A stretch of DNA of 63,924 bases, filler included, from Rhabdomonas costata (GCA_019059605.1; 20 parts of 20 records of this genome joined end to end with filler, not necessarily neighbours in it); one strand, 5' to 3'. Shown: positions 11,987-25,640, numbered from the whole stretch's first letter. Notes: generated by a model not told the origin, from the sequence alone. Translations and numbers: made by a program.

Positions 11987-13254
11987 GTATTCTCCTCACT
12001 GGGTTTGTGCATTTGTGTCATCTTGTGTATGCGCGACTTCATTTCCGAAATGACGATGGAGGAACGTCGCACTGGTAAAACCGGGGCGGGTGGCCGGAAG
12101 AGTTCAGTTGGGCGGAAAAGCGGAAGTCGGACTGGAGGGACAAGGGGGAAGAGGGAACACCGACCACCCGACTAATGTCGCTTTGTCAGATGGGCAGAAC
12201 TGTCCTGCCGGACTGGGACCAGATGCCCTTTGTCTCGGGGTTCTCGAGGTATTGTGGACCGGGGGAAGCCGATGAGCATAAATGACAACACGGCATTCCT
12301 CAATCAGTCATTTGGAGCGGACATACTAGGCAACTGCGACCCACTCACGTGGCTTTCGGCTTACTTGGTTGAGGACTTTGGACGCTGAAAGGAACGGGGT
12401 ACAGAGGCTTACGGCTGTTAGCAATGTGAATCCATCAGCGATTGGGGCGTGTACCAACAAAGAGGTAATCTCCCAACATTGGAAGTGGCAAGGTGACTGT
12501 GCTTTAATTTTGGGAGTCGAAGCCTTCGCAGTTTTGTCCAGTGGAACCTTGTCTTGTCGTGAGGATTGGCTCAGCGAGGCGCCTGAGGCACCGCCGGTTT
12601 GAGTTGGTCAGGATGTGGTATAGTATCCATACACTCTTATGAGATGACAATAGCTGCTCTCCGTGACTAAGTTTTACATGCAGCCTCCCAGCAGCAGGAT
12701 TACCCACAACCCACNNNNNNNNNNNNNNNNNNNNNNNNNNNNNNNNNNNNNNNNNNNNTTAATTAATTAANNNNNNNNNNNNNNNNNNNNNNNNNNNNNN
12801 NNNNNNNNNNNNNNTTTGTTGGGGGGGGGCTCTATGGGGCTGATTGGTGGTTTCTTTGGAAAGAAATGAACAGTCTTTCCTTCTCATGCTGACGATCTTC
12901 ACCTGAGACAACGGTTTTTTTTCATGAGCTGATCGCCCACTCTTCGGGAACTGTCCAGCAGTGGAACAACCGCCGGAACGCACTAAAAGGGGTGGGAGGA
13001 GGGAAGGATCAGGGTTTTCCTACTTAGTCTCAAGGAAATATACTATCTCTCTCTCTCTTTTGACTGGTGACCGCTTAAGCTTTGTTGAGACCATGAGCAC
13101 ATCATGTTCCGAGGCAAATCTTTTGTCGCCTCGGTGTAGCCTGGGCTGGCTGGAACTGAAAGTCCTTTACTCTTTTTTCGTGCAACGTTGGATGCGGTTG
13201 GAACCATCAACGGATGTGCAGATGTGCGTGGTACCTTTCTCCCGGTTGCGTCAG

Positions 13255-15476
13255 GTGACTATGCTCAACCCCACTGCCATGGTCTGCGTGGGCTACCCCG
13301 GCTATGGCCAGAACCTTCCAATCACTGTAAAAGTGGGAAGCGAGACCACCTTGCCCAGCGCGGTGGAGTTCAGCTTCACCCCTCTGCCTAAGATTGGGGA
13401 CCTCCAGGGCTGCCAGACGGACGCTCCCACGCATCTCTCTCAGTGCAGCCCCACCTCGGAGATCGTCATCAGTGGGGCCTACTTCGGGAGCTCCGGGGCC
13501 AGCGTACGTGAGCACATGGGAGGGGGATTGAGGACGGTGAAGGGAGGCGTTTTCCGACGGGGGGTATTGTGGGTTTTCATCATAACAATGATGTGGGTTT
13601 GGGTGGGTGCTTCCAGATGTTCAGTGCAGAAGCTGTTATTGTGAGGTGTGGCGGTTGAGTGGTTGCTGTTTCAAAGCAACCCTCTACCCGTGCTAATGGA
13701 AACACGAGGGCTTCTGGGAAACTGAATCCTGAATTCAACCACTTTTGACCACTGTGCCGGTTTTGCCGGTCATTGCGGGGTTCACTCTGCTGCACTGGTT
13801 CCTGTTCATGCACTGAAGCGCTTTCTGCACCTGGGCATTAAACAGTCGTGGTGGGCGTCGACGTATTTTATTTACGTTCTGCCTTTTTCTTTCTCTAGCT
13901 GTATCGATCACGTCTTGTTGTGTCCACCCACGTGGAGGAGGTTCTGAAGTTTCCATCTTCAGCCCGACATTTCTCGCATCAAACGGCACTTCCATGGATC
14001 AAAGGCTGTTGCACCCTTTAAGTGGCTTTCGCACGCATGCAGGCATATGTACACATGCGGCACGCATACTGGCAAACAAACAGTTTCCGTCCGTCTGCTC
14101 TCTTGGCCCTCCTGGTTGTCGTTCATTGTCCCACAGGTCTTCCTGAACAACTCCGCCCAAGGAGCGGTAGTCTGGTGCGCCACAGTGACCCATGACACCT
14201 CCAAACCCACTACCGTTTTGCGGGCGTCGGGGTGCCCCGCCTCAGGCCTGGGCTGGGAGCTTGGGGTGCAGTCCAGCGCCGGGGAGCGCTCTACCACAGA
14301 CCCCTCGCAGCCTACCTTTACGCTAGACTTCGAATTGGCCTGCACCAGTACCACGACGGCGGAGTGTTCTGGGCATGGCCTGTGCACATGGAGCTCCGGA
14401 GGGTACACACACAGACACACGCTTTCCACCAGTCCCCTTTTCTCTGTTTTCTCAGAGCTGAGGGCATCCCTACGGATGGGAGCGTTGCCAGTCCTGTTGG
14501 TTCATTTCTTGTTTTTTCCTAGCTGAAAAATCGCTTGCGATAATCTTCGACAAGAGCACCGAGAAACCGAGAAATCGAGGAAGCAATCGACGTACACCCC
14601 TGGAAGCCTATCTTTCACTGACATTCGTTGTTGGTTTGCTCCTTCTAGACAGATTGTAAATTTGTGCGAGTTACCCTGTATTTCAGACATGAGACGCGGA
14701 AAACCCATCTATCGAAACGCCTTGCAGTGCAAACCATGCTGTGTATTCCGCTCCAGTAGTTAGCCTTTAGAGGGGGGGGGTATACGGATGCGGTTTTGCT
14801 GTTGCGGCGTTTTACAGTGAAGCAACTTTACTGTAGGGGTCCTATTCTGCGTGTTTGCAGCTGCGAGTGCTACTCTGGTACGTCAGGGTTTTGGACGGGC
14901 TCAAGCTGTGCAGACTGTCTCTCAGGGTATGTTCCTTTCCCCCTCCCTGCCGACCAAGTGGTTTTAGAGCACAGTAGTCAGAGGTATTGCAAGTACTGAC
15001 CGTAACTGGGCGTAGAGATGCCCAGAATGGACCCATCCGCCAACTCATCCCAGTTGTACATACATCCCAACAGCATCTACAATAAGAGATCCAACATCCC
15101 CCCCCCTTCCCATCATCCTGAGGTGAGACCACCGAAAAAAGAAGAGGTTGGAGGGTGATGCTTAGTGACTTGAAGTAGCATACTTATGTACCGTTATGCG
15201 AATCCCGATCAAACTGCCAATCCTCTGTTATGCACCGCCACATCACAATCAATTATTTTGCTGAAAACTACTTTGTGCGGTATAAACCGAAATTTGTGCC
15301 CTGCACCGCTGTGGTGTGCGTGTGTGTGAGGCTAACCAAATACACCATATGTTTTTTGTTATGCCGCCTGCCAGCTACTACTCTCCCTCCTGCACGCGGC
15401 TGTGCCCTGGCCTCATCAAAGTGTGCTCCGGCCACGGGACTTGCGACGATGGAGTTGCAGGGACAGGGAAGTGCAG
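13255..15476 (+). CDS. Cys-rich surface protein with IPT/TIG-like and EGF/laminin-EGF repeats, partial; exons about 13255-13503, 14137-14402, 14861-14926, 15375-15476
   Basis: 'PGYGQNLPITVKVG...EIVISGAYFGSSGAS' (IPT-like), then 'ECSGHGLC...GCECYSGTSGFWTGSSCADCLSGYYSPSCTRLCPGLIKVCSGHGTCDDGVAGTGKC'. Intron phases are consistent. Confidence 0.8.
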
Positions 15477-18160
15477 GTCTGCGCTATTGTCTTGTGGGTC
15501 CCCTCCTCGTTTCCTCCATGGTTAAATCCCCAACCCGAATTGTCCCCAACCCTTCAGCACACCTTTTTCGGGTGGCGAAAAAAGTTTGCCATGAAACCTT
15601 TGCGTCAATTTGACGGTGCTATTCACGTTGGGGGAGGGAAGGGGGGAGTGGTAACCGTTATCAGTGGCAGCAGTTCTCCTATTGGACCACAGAATGGAAA
15701 AGTCGTTAAAGGCTCACTCCGTTGGCACTGCAGAACCACAACGGAACCATTTTCGTTGTTGTTTGTTTCTATGACTGCGGCACTGCGAACAACCTGTCTT
15801 GAAGTGATCCCGGCCCGAAAGCCAGGGGATTACACACACACACACACACACCCATCCTCCGCCAAAACAGTGGAATCCAGAGAATGTGGCATCGCTTCCT
15901 TTTCCTACCCAAAACCNNNNNNNNNNNNNNNNNNNNNNNNNNNNNNNNNNNNNNNNNNNNTTAATTAATTAANNNNNNNNNNNNNNNNNNNNNNNNNNNN
16001 NNNNNNNNNNNNNNNNGTGATGCTGGTATGCCTTCTGGTGGTTTTGGTTGCTTCTTTTTGCCTTCTGGTGTCGGATTCAGGTTGGGTTTGCGTGCGTGCG
16101 TACGTTCGTGTAATATTGCATTTCTTCCGATAAGTATTTGCACTCCCACGTTAACATCCATGTTTGTGACCTTCTGGTTCAGGAGTTTGGGTATCACGTC
16201 TGTGTGTTCTTCTTCTATGGGTTAGTGTTGTGTGTGCGTGTTATTAGAGTAGGTGGAGCGGTAGTGGTATGTTGTGTGGTTAGGGTTGTTGGTTCTGGAG
16301 TAGTAGTCTGTGTCTGTGCCTGTGTCTGTGTTGTGGTTGGTGTGGGTGCTTTGAGTGTGTGGTCTGAAGAGTATGGTGTTGGGTGGTGCGTAGGGTTGGC
16401 TGTAGTTGGGTCTGTTGGCGTTGTTGTGGTTCAATGTCGGGGTGTGTGGTGTGGGTCCGTGGTCGATGGTGTGTGGAATCCTGGCGTGTGTTTTTGCTTT
16501 CCTTCTTCACGTTTTGTGTCGTATCAGGGATTCCAGGTGCTATTAAAGGGTTCGCTGTTAGTAGAGGTTCTGTAGTGTGGCTGTGTGTTTGTTGTTAGAT
16601 ACGATGGGTGTTGCCGGTGCTTTGTAGGTTTCTGTGTATGTTGTGTCAACAATGCCGCATTCATTCATCCACGAGAGGTGTGAAACCTCCAGACGCCGCT
16701 CTCTAGTTCCGTACGTCGCAGAAGCCGATGAGAGCTTCTCATCAGTGGTCAGAACGTGCATTATCATGTACGCCTTGTAATACGGGAACATACGGATGAG
16801 GCCACCAAACCTGGTGAGCTAAGGTCGTGCGTAATCGGTGGTGTACGCCACTCAAACGTATGCACTGAGGCCAACTAAGGATACGTGAGGTGAGCTATTC
16901 AGTAACCTTTGATGGTCCCTGCTGTCATAGTCCCACAGTTGTGTAGTTCTGGTACCTCGCGAAGGGTAACGCTAGTGGTTATCACCATAGTATCAGTACT
17001 TACTCGTAGACCACAGCTAAAATGCTGACTATAGGAGCCACAGGTAGTCTTTGGTGGGAGTTGTGAACCAAAACACCATAGTAGGATAGTAGGGCAACAC
17101 ACAACTAAGGGAATGCCATGAAACAACCACCCTAGCGTGGAGTGACCAAGCAGCCACTCTGGAACCCACTAGTGGCGTTAAGATGAGGACGTTTAAGCTG
17201 CTGGTTACCGAATAACGAAGCGAAACGGAACAAGTAGAGCAGACACGCTCAACGAGTAGCCTCCACTACCAAACACACCAACAGCCCGAACCATCCCAAG
17301 GTGATATGTATTCTGTACCCTACGTCATGACCACCGTGCGTACCTCCTGACTGTAGAACCTCCACAGGATGGAGAGTGGCAACGTTGATGCGTAGGACGT
17401 ACCGCCGTCTATCCGGGACCCTCCTTCCTACTGGCAGGTATGACCGGTGAGATGGTTGTGTTGGAAGTGACTCTCCGGACATTATGAACCACCTCATGGT
17501 TGGGAGGATGCGACAAGCAATACTCTTCCACGCGGATCCCTTACTCAACCCACCGATGCAGATGATGGAGAGGACAAGCGTGACATTCTGAGTCCAAACA
17601 CAACCCGAGAGGAAGGACGCGGCCAGGCACCGGATTCAGAGGCTGATACAAGACGGAAGAGACACTTCCATTTCCAGGGGCCGTCTTTCTCCCCCATCTC
17701 TTTTTGATAGGATTCAATTAGACATTTCCTACGGCGCGAAGGCCATTTCCAAGGCGTTACCATGCCTACTGTCACACGCTGTTTATCCGCCGAGTCTCTT
17801 ACGTGCCTCCAACCTCTGGCGGGTGGTAGTGGCTCTGGGTTCCTCTTCTGACAGCCTGTATCTCGACGTAGCTTGCAATAAGTGGGCGCGGTTTACCTGG
17901 GTGGAAGCACGAGGCTGAGTTTATACCGATCCCGGTCTGGCTTCCTCTCTTTGTGCGCTGCGGTCTGTCGCCGCGGCGTGGGCTATATCTTTGGCTTCTG
18001 GCTTGGGTGTGTGTGGCGTCGGGCTCTTCGGCTCCGCGCTTGCTTGCTCTAGCTGGGGGCGGGGCCATTTAGCTGAGGTGGGGCCTGGTATTGGGCAAAG
18101 CGTGTGGTTTAGCTGGACTTCTTTTGATGGGGCTTCTGCTGGCTGCTCGTTTTAAAGGCG

Positions 18161-19126
18161 TTTGCTTTCGAGGGTTCCGCTGGGAGGTGTGGTCCTGGAG
18201 GTCTTGCCTCTACCCAGCCGTCCGCTTACGCCTTTCCCACCCAAAAACAAGGCAAGCAAAAATGGAACGGCACCAGTGCACAGCACAGGGGAAAGTGAGA
18301 AGATTCAGCTCTAAACATTTTTAGCCCTGAATCTCCTCTACCTCGCTTTAGCCTCGATCCGCTTGGCTTTTAGCTGAAACCTGTAAAATAGGTAAACATC
18401 TTTCAATTCACAACCCAAAAACACCACGAAAACCAAAGTATACCCAAATTACTCAATCAAAAAAGCATTCGACGTCAGACGTCGGTTTACAGACCTTTAT
18501 CGGGATCTTTTCTAATCTCTTGAAATCGGCGTTGAAGAACACCGACTTGTTCCTCTTTTAATCCTCCATCCACTCGTCGTCAAATTCCTCCAATTCTGCA
18601 GGATCTTGACCTCGTCGATCCTCCCTGGGCAAAAACTCAACATGCGCGTGCCCAGGCGCATCAGGGATTTCCTTTATCCTCGTAACCCTCTATCTCCTTT
18701 AGCTTTGCCTTCTTTTTACCCATTGTCTTGCCTCAAGCCTTTCCCGTCTATCTGAGCGCCTCTCTTCTTATATCTCGGGTGCGCTTTATCTCTTCTCCTC
18801 TCTGCTCGCTGGCTGCTCTCCTTTCTCCTGTGCCTTTCGCTTGCCGTGCCTCCCTGCTTTCGCGTCTTTTCCACCTTCCTTTCCAATCATTTCTCTCACT
18901 GTCTCGCTCGAGGGTCTTGACCCTTTTCTCTCTCCGGTTCGGCCTTTTCTCCCATTTCCCTCTCTCGCTTTGCTTTTCTGCCGGGCAGGGTGTCATATAC
19001 TCTGATTGTGCTTTTTCCCGTTTTGTATCGGTCAGGTGTTCTTGCTCTTGCTTCCCCTTCGTCCTCAACTTTCTTCCCATTCAACTGCTCCCATATATCT
19101 TCCGTGACTTCCTCCAATGGCTTTAT
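18161..19126 (-). mobile_element. Dispersed degenerate repeat element, copy A
   Basis: Its reverse complement aligns collinearly with 24085-24783: the 'EVTEDIWEQL...KAKQEQEHLT...IYDTL...RKAKRE' coding remnant, CTTCAAC(G/T)CCGATTTCAAGA and a 99-nt terminal block. Confidence 0.8.
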
Positions 19127-19532
19127 NNNNNNNNNNNNNNNNNNNNNNNNNNNNNNNNNNNNNNNNNNNNTTAATTAATTAANNNNNNNNNNNNNNNNNN
19201 NNNNNNNNNNNNNNNNNNNNNNNNNNTGGGGTTGTGGGCATGCTGGTTTGCGACCAAGGGTTGTGTGGTTAATGATGATGGAAAGGAGGTGATTCTTTGC
19301 CCTTCTTTTGCCTTCCATGGCACACCGCTTGTGTTGTACGGGACGGGTGTGCAGAGGCCTTGCGTATATGTTAGATGCCTGTACTGCCTTTCTGGTGCGT
19401 GCGTGGATTTGGGAGGAGGATTGTGCTACCGTACTCTCCCCCGGACCTCTCTCTTTATCTCTCTTACTCTTTCTCTATCTTTCTATCTGTGTCTCTGTAA
19501 TTCGTGACCCTGATTTCTTTTTGGTGCTTCAG

Positions 19533-22312
19533 GTGTACCGGCGTGATGGGTTCTTCTCGGGAAAAGCGCTGGTGGAGTTCACGGACCCCGCGCAGGCCAG
19601 CGCTGCCCGGGACCACGTGGTGCGCTCGGGAGCCACGCTCAACGGCCACCCCATCGAGGCACGACCCATTGCTTTCTGTCTCTTTCTGTCTCTGGTGTAT
19701 GGATGCGTGGTGCGTGAAAAAAGTCCTTCTTTCCGTGATTCCTGGCTTCAGCGTCGCAGGGTGGCAATCTTCCGGCGCCAGAGCGAGAGCCTACTCCGAA
19801 GCCACACGTGCGTGCTCTCGTATATTTGCGAAACCCCGAGGCCCTTTTGCGGGGAGTGCAGGAAGTTGGCTTGAATGTGGGAGAGGTTTTCCGAGGGGGG
19901 ATTGGTGTTGGTAAGCGCATGGTGATGAAGATTGCGGCTGTGATGCCTGAGCGGTTACGTGCTGTTGACATTACAGCATGGGGCGGCTTCGCTCTGGTGT
20001 CGCTTAGGCTGAGTCGCGCTGCGTATACCGTATACCGTCTGAAATTCTCAGGTCGTGCTGGCGAAGGCAAGCGGGCGTCTGCGCAGCCACTCCGTGTAAA
20101 TTGAGTGCGGTGGATAAGCCAGGGCCCCTGCACCACTTCCAGTGACCGCTTCTTGCTCCCCTTACTGCTCCGCCCCACTAGCTGGCTTTCTGTGCTGTCC
20201 GAGGGTTGCGTTCTCCGGTGTAGAAAGGTAGCCCTTCACCCTTGGTGAACGTGCATGTCTGTTTGCTGGAAAGGAATGCCATTCTTTTTCCTTCCCAGGC
20301 TACTTTCGCTTGTGCCTTTTCCGCGCTTTTTGTCTTTCCCATTGGACCTTCCTTCTCCAAAGTTACCGGGTGTGGCGGCAAAGGTTCTCTTTGCGTTGTG
20401 AAGTCAACCTCTGCACATGTGCGCAGTTCCCTTTGGAGTCTCGGGAGCAGCTGTTGCAGGGCACGAAAAGGATGGAAGGGTTAATGGGTGGGTGGGGATG
20501 GGTCGGGCTGCGGTAGGTGGATACGATGAAATCTGTGCTGGCGTGTAGGTCGGCGTCTTCTGGCTCCTGATTCCGCCGCCCCCCCACCCCTGCCCTCAAA
20601 GTTTGGTGATTTCTGTCCTCCGCATCTCTCTGGGATCCTCGGGCGAGTGGCGGATTTCCTCGAGAACCAGGCTACAACCCATTTGCATTTTTTTCATCTT
20701 GCAAGGGCCAAATTCAGCGAGTTCGAAAGGCACAGGGCAGCGAAGCTTCTGCGAGCTATGCTTTTGTTCTGTCCGCTTCCCTATTCCCTCTGCGCAACCA
20801 CCCAAGTGCACCTCGCCCATTGGTCGGTCAATTGGGTAGTCTGGGGGTGGAGCCTTCGGCAGGGCTTCGTTTTTTTCCTTAGCCGAAGCCTTCGTGCGTG
20901 CATGCATGCGTGCGTGAGTGCCTGCGGTATGGTGTGCATCTTTCCTGCGGCATTGTCTTTTGCAGGTCTTTGCGAGTGCTCACGTTGTGGAACTTGCCTG
21001 TGGCCTTTCCTTATTGGAGTTTGTACGTTTTGTTTGGGTGATTGTGCTCCCCGCCTACTTTTCTCGCACACCGAGCAAAACACACCATGGAAGCGCTGAA
21101 ACACTCCGTGGAGGAGCTTTCCCACCTCTGCGAGGCTGGGCAGATCAGCAGCCAGGTGCGGGTGGATCGGGAGAGTAGGGGGTGGGGGTCTGGCGAGAAT
21201 GGATGAGCGTAGGGGAAGTTTCCCTGGACCCCAGTGATCGGTTTCGGGAGTGTTGTTCAGGTGTATGGCACGATGTGTGATCCTCGTGCGAATGCCGTGT
21301 GTGGGGAAAGCATTTGCTTTTGGGTTGGTAAATCAAAATGCATTTTGAGAGGCTGTGTATTTGGGAGTGCGCTTTTTTATAGTGTATTGGAGGAGTATGT
21401 GCGGTTGCATGAGTGGGTGTTGCACAGGAGATGCAGTGCAGGAGGGACGCGGCGATCTCATTCTACTTGGGACTTCCCGTCGACCCGAAGCTGCTGCTGG
21501 CGATGCACCGCCCCTTCTCTCGGGCGCGGCGCTCCCTTCCCACCACCCCGCCCCCGTGCTGCCGCACGAATGCCAAGCACTGCAGGCTCTCTGCGGTGCA
21601 GCTTTCCGATCGCCAGCACGCCGTGGCGGCGGCGAGTGGCCACATCCCGATGGGTGTGCCCGAGGTCACCGAGCCATGTGCCGCTAGGGCTGAGGCGGTG
21701 GCAGTGGCGGTGGCGGTGGACAATACCGCTGAGGCACGTCCCGATGTGCGCGATGTGTGTTAGTTTTGGTGTTTGTGTGTTTGGTCGGAGTATGTGATTT
21801 TGTGTGCTTGGTTCGTGGGATATGGTGGGTGGGGTTTTGATGGAGTAACTCTGGTTCTGCTGGAGGAGAGCAATTACAAGGTATGTGCGGTTTTTGGTTT
21901 CAACAGCTGTGGACGCGATGTGACCTTTCTTCATTGACGCGATGGCTCACAACCTATTTCCTCCTTTGAGACCCTTTCAATGTGGGCCAGACTGGGTTTG
22001 TCCTGACATTGTTACCTTACCTGAAGGCCGAGCACTGAGTGTGTTGCTGGATGGGCTGCTTATGTTTTTGCTATGCCTGTTTCACGGCAAGAACTCAACG
22101 AGGGAGTTTCCCCGCGCGCTCCGTCTCAGGGCGCGCACCATCCTCGCCGGAGCAGCCGGAGCAGCGAGGATCCCAGCCTGCCCCGAAAGCTGGAGCAGCA
22201 GGAGCAGCCGGCCAGCGTGACGGTGCAGCTTGGCCGTCTCCCTGTGGGCGCCACCCAGGCGGAGGTGGAAGGTCTTCTGGCGGGTCTTCCCGGGCTGCGC
22301 AGCGTGCGGCTG
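19533..22312 (+). CDS. RRM-domain RNA-binding protein, partial; exons about 19533-19658, 21428-21745, 22130-22312
   Basis: 'DGFFSGKALVEFTDPAQASAARDHVVRSGATLNGHPIE' (RNP1 to beta4) and 'SVTVQLGRLPVGATQAEVEGLLAGLPGLRSVRL' (RNP2-alpha1-beta2 of a further RRM). Polypyrimidine-AG acceptors precede the exons. The middle exon is uncertain. Confidence 0.65.
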
Positions 22313-24084
22313 GTGTGTGTGTGTGTGTGTGNNNNNNNNNNNNNNNNNNNNNNNNNNNNNNNNNNNNNNNNNNNNTTAATTAATTAANNNNNNNNNNNNN
22401 NNNNNNNNNNNNNNNNNNNNNNNNNNNNNNNGGGGGTTTGTGTGGTGTTGCGGATACCATGGGTGGACTTGACGGTGTTTGCACTCCTGGTGTTGGTATG
22501 TGGTTCTATTGTTCGGGTGGTTGTATTCTACTCTAAGACGGCGCTGTGGTGGCTTGGAGTGTAGATGCTGCTGTGTTGTGTGCTGTTGTCCGCATGTTCG
22601 CATGCTTCTGTGGTTCTCTTCTGAGGTTGTGGCCAGTTGTGTTGCAGATGTATCTGCTGTGACGAGCGTGTGTCTTTTGGCGCGTTTTTGTGCTTACTCA
22701 CGGGTGCGTTTGCTTGTCCATAGAGTTTCTTGGCGTGTGGGTTGTGGTGTTCTGGTTTGGGTGGTGACTGTTGCGTGGTTTATGTGTGTAGCGGCGATGT
22801 GGGTTCCGTCTTGGTCCAGAGTAGAGTGGTGTACAGTTGCGATTTGTGTCTTGTACTGCGTGTTGAATGTGGTTCTACGATGTTTGTATGTGTCTTATCT
22901 CGTGATGTCACATGATGCCACATCGGAGTAACTGCAACTGCCACTCGCATTGGAAAAGCTAAAGTGTGAGTCACCTCATAGACGGATGCGATGGGCCTTC
23001 TAATCTATCCAAGATAGCTCACATTTCACCGCAGTTGTAATGGTGATGCCCGTGTTATGCTCCTGGGTTGGCATCTTTTCTTTAACTAAAAGAACCAATA
23101 CGAAGCTTGTGTTTACGCAGGACAAACAGTGAGGCTATGCAACGTAGCGCGTAACTCAGCCTCTGAGGTTCACACAGTTGTAGTTGCTGGATTCGAGTCA
23201 CGTTATCACCACACATGTTGGGAAATGTAGTGTTATCTCCAGTGGTGGATACGAATCCATGTCATAAGCATGTGGTAGAAGTGCTAGGCATGTACCCTGA
23301 CTCACATTCGCTTCACGCTCTACAGTATACTACGCTCATACGACATAGTATTACTACGCATGACAACCTTGAGCCTTCACCACTACGCTAACATGTTGCT
23401 AGTGGTGATGGCAGGGCCCCTCCCACCGTATAAACCCACGGACGGATGTGAGGATCCACATGGATACGAGTCAACTCAACACCAAGAATTATAGTTTTTA
23501 CCACCAAAATGCACCATTTCCAAAAGTGCATTTCTTTAACTCACCTCCTTGCCACTACCGTCTTTTCCAGGCGTAATGCTTTGCTTTCTTTTGCATTGTA
23601 ATGTTACCACACATTATCCTTTTTTAAACAGGCCACAAGCATAAAACTTAGGATTTTGGCTTAAGTTTTGCGACAACAAATCCCAATAAAACTGCCAAAT
23701 TTAGCCGAAAACTTGGAGCACGAAGGGGTTTGAATATAGCTTTTGGATTACAAAAAACAGAAAGCTTTGCTGCTGCTGGACCACTTTCGGGTCACGGCCA
23801 TGGCTGGAATGTAACGGCTCAAGACACCTAGGAGAACCTTCGAGTGGACAAGAGATAAAGAACACCTTTGCGTTTGTAGTCGTCAAATTTTTCAAAGTCG
23901 TTTCGATGCATTGGAGAGTGTAGCCGATATACGAGATATACGAAAGAGGAATTGCTGACATGCTAAAAGACTGGAAGTTCAGCGCTTTAGTTAAGGAGAT
24001 GAGAGGGCGTTGTTGCCACAAATAAATTCTGTTGGTGAGCTGTGACTTCAGAAAATTCAAGAGTTGACGCGGTAGTGGTGCATT

Positions 24085-24783
24085 TGGATAAAGGGAATGA
24101 AGGAAGTCACGGAAGATATATGGGAGCAGTTGCATGGGATAAGGTTGATGACAAAAGCGAAGCAAGAGCAAGAACATCTGACCGAGGCAATCCGGAAAAG
24201 CACAACACGAATATACGACACCCTACACTGCAGAAAAGCTAAGCGAGAGATACAATGGGTAAACAGAAGGCCAATGCAAAAGGGGAATATAATAGAAGAG
24301 ATGGTGGTGATAAAAATTGCTTCCGAGGATAAAAGCAACCATTGATGCCAGTGTGCATTTGCGTTTGTCGCGTTTTTTGTGAGGATGTACGGGTTGAATG
24401 ATATTGAAAAACGAAAAGATGGAGAATTATGAGAGCAATAACAATGCTTCAACTCCGATTTCAAGAAAAAAGCAGAGATCCCGGTCTGAAAACCGACGGT
24501 TGGGTTTGATTTGGATATATTTTGGGTTTCTTGGAGTTTGTGGTTGTGATCAAAAAGCTGTGTACCCCTTTTGAAAGTCACAGCTTGAAAGTCACCAGAC
24601 AGGCTATAAGCGAGGTTGTGGCTAGTAAGGGCTAAAAAAACCTTCTCCCTTTCCACTGTGCTGGGCATTGGTGCTGTTCCCTTCTTGCTTGCCTTGTTTT
24701 TGGATGGGAAAGGCGTAAATTGACGGCTGGGTAGAGGCAAGACCTCCGGGACCCCACCTCCCAGCGGAACCCGCGAAAGCAAA
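24085..24783 (+). mobile_element. Dispersed degenerate repeat element, copy B
   Basis: Homologous to 18161-19126 (-) on a different contig. Remnant ORF 24097-24345 reads 'MKEVTEDIWEQLHGIRLMTKAKQEQEHLTEAIRKSTTRIYDTL'. Confidence 0.8.
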
Positions 24784-25640
24784 GGCAAAGGTAAGAGGCC
24801 CGGCGGATTGAAAACCACCCATTACATCATCATGTCCGTGGCCCATGGGAAAGCGTCGACACAACATTCCGGTAGAAAGCGCAATGGACGCCTCGCCGTA
24901 AAAATGGAGGAAGGAAGCACCACACAAACAAACAAGCTACCGATCGGCCGAGAACAAAAGTCACCGGAGAAGATCAAGACCAAAGGAAGGTTGGAGGCTG
25001 GGAAAGGATTCCGTTCGCAAGGTGAAATTTAGGTGGATATCCATTTTCTCACCTTTTTTTTTTAAGTTTGCATCGCCCACGCAGTCGGAGCCCCACACAC
25101 GCCTGTGGACTGGAACTTGTTACCGAGACTTACCTGACCTGGACATGATCGAAAAAAACCACTTTTTTATCGAAGGCATGCCCCCACAAACGGCGTGACA
25201 ATCATTCTGCGTATGGGGTGGACAAACAGCAAACAACAAACCGACCATCTGCCAACCCACCAGAAAATTCGAATGCAATGGTAAGTTTTAGAATGAGGAA
25301 AGAGAACACGCAACTTCCAAGCACACAACTCAGTGACGGCTGAAGAGTGAGTGCACACCCATTCCAAATTGCCTTCAGGATAATAACACTGAAGGAGGTG
25401 CAACCCGCATTTGGCATTTGCAACCCGCTGTTGCCCTCCGTCGCCATGCTCCACCTGCAATGCATACACCTGTCGTCCTTCCAGTCGGCCCACCGCTCAG
25501 TCACCGCTCAGCTTCTATACTCCCGGTCCTGCCCGCAGNNNNNNNNNNNNNNNNNNNNNNNNNNNNNNNNNNNNNNNNNNNNTTAATTAATTAANNNNNN
25601 NNNNNNNNNNNNNNNNNNNNNNNNNNNNNNNNNNNNNNGG

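Noticed and set aside
25128..25150. ACTTACCTG...CATGATC resembling a U1 snRNA 5' end
   Set aside because: No U1 stem-loops or convincing Sm site follow. It is equally the reverse complement of a CAG|GTAAGT donor.
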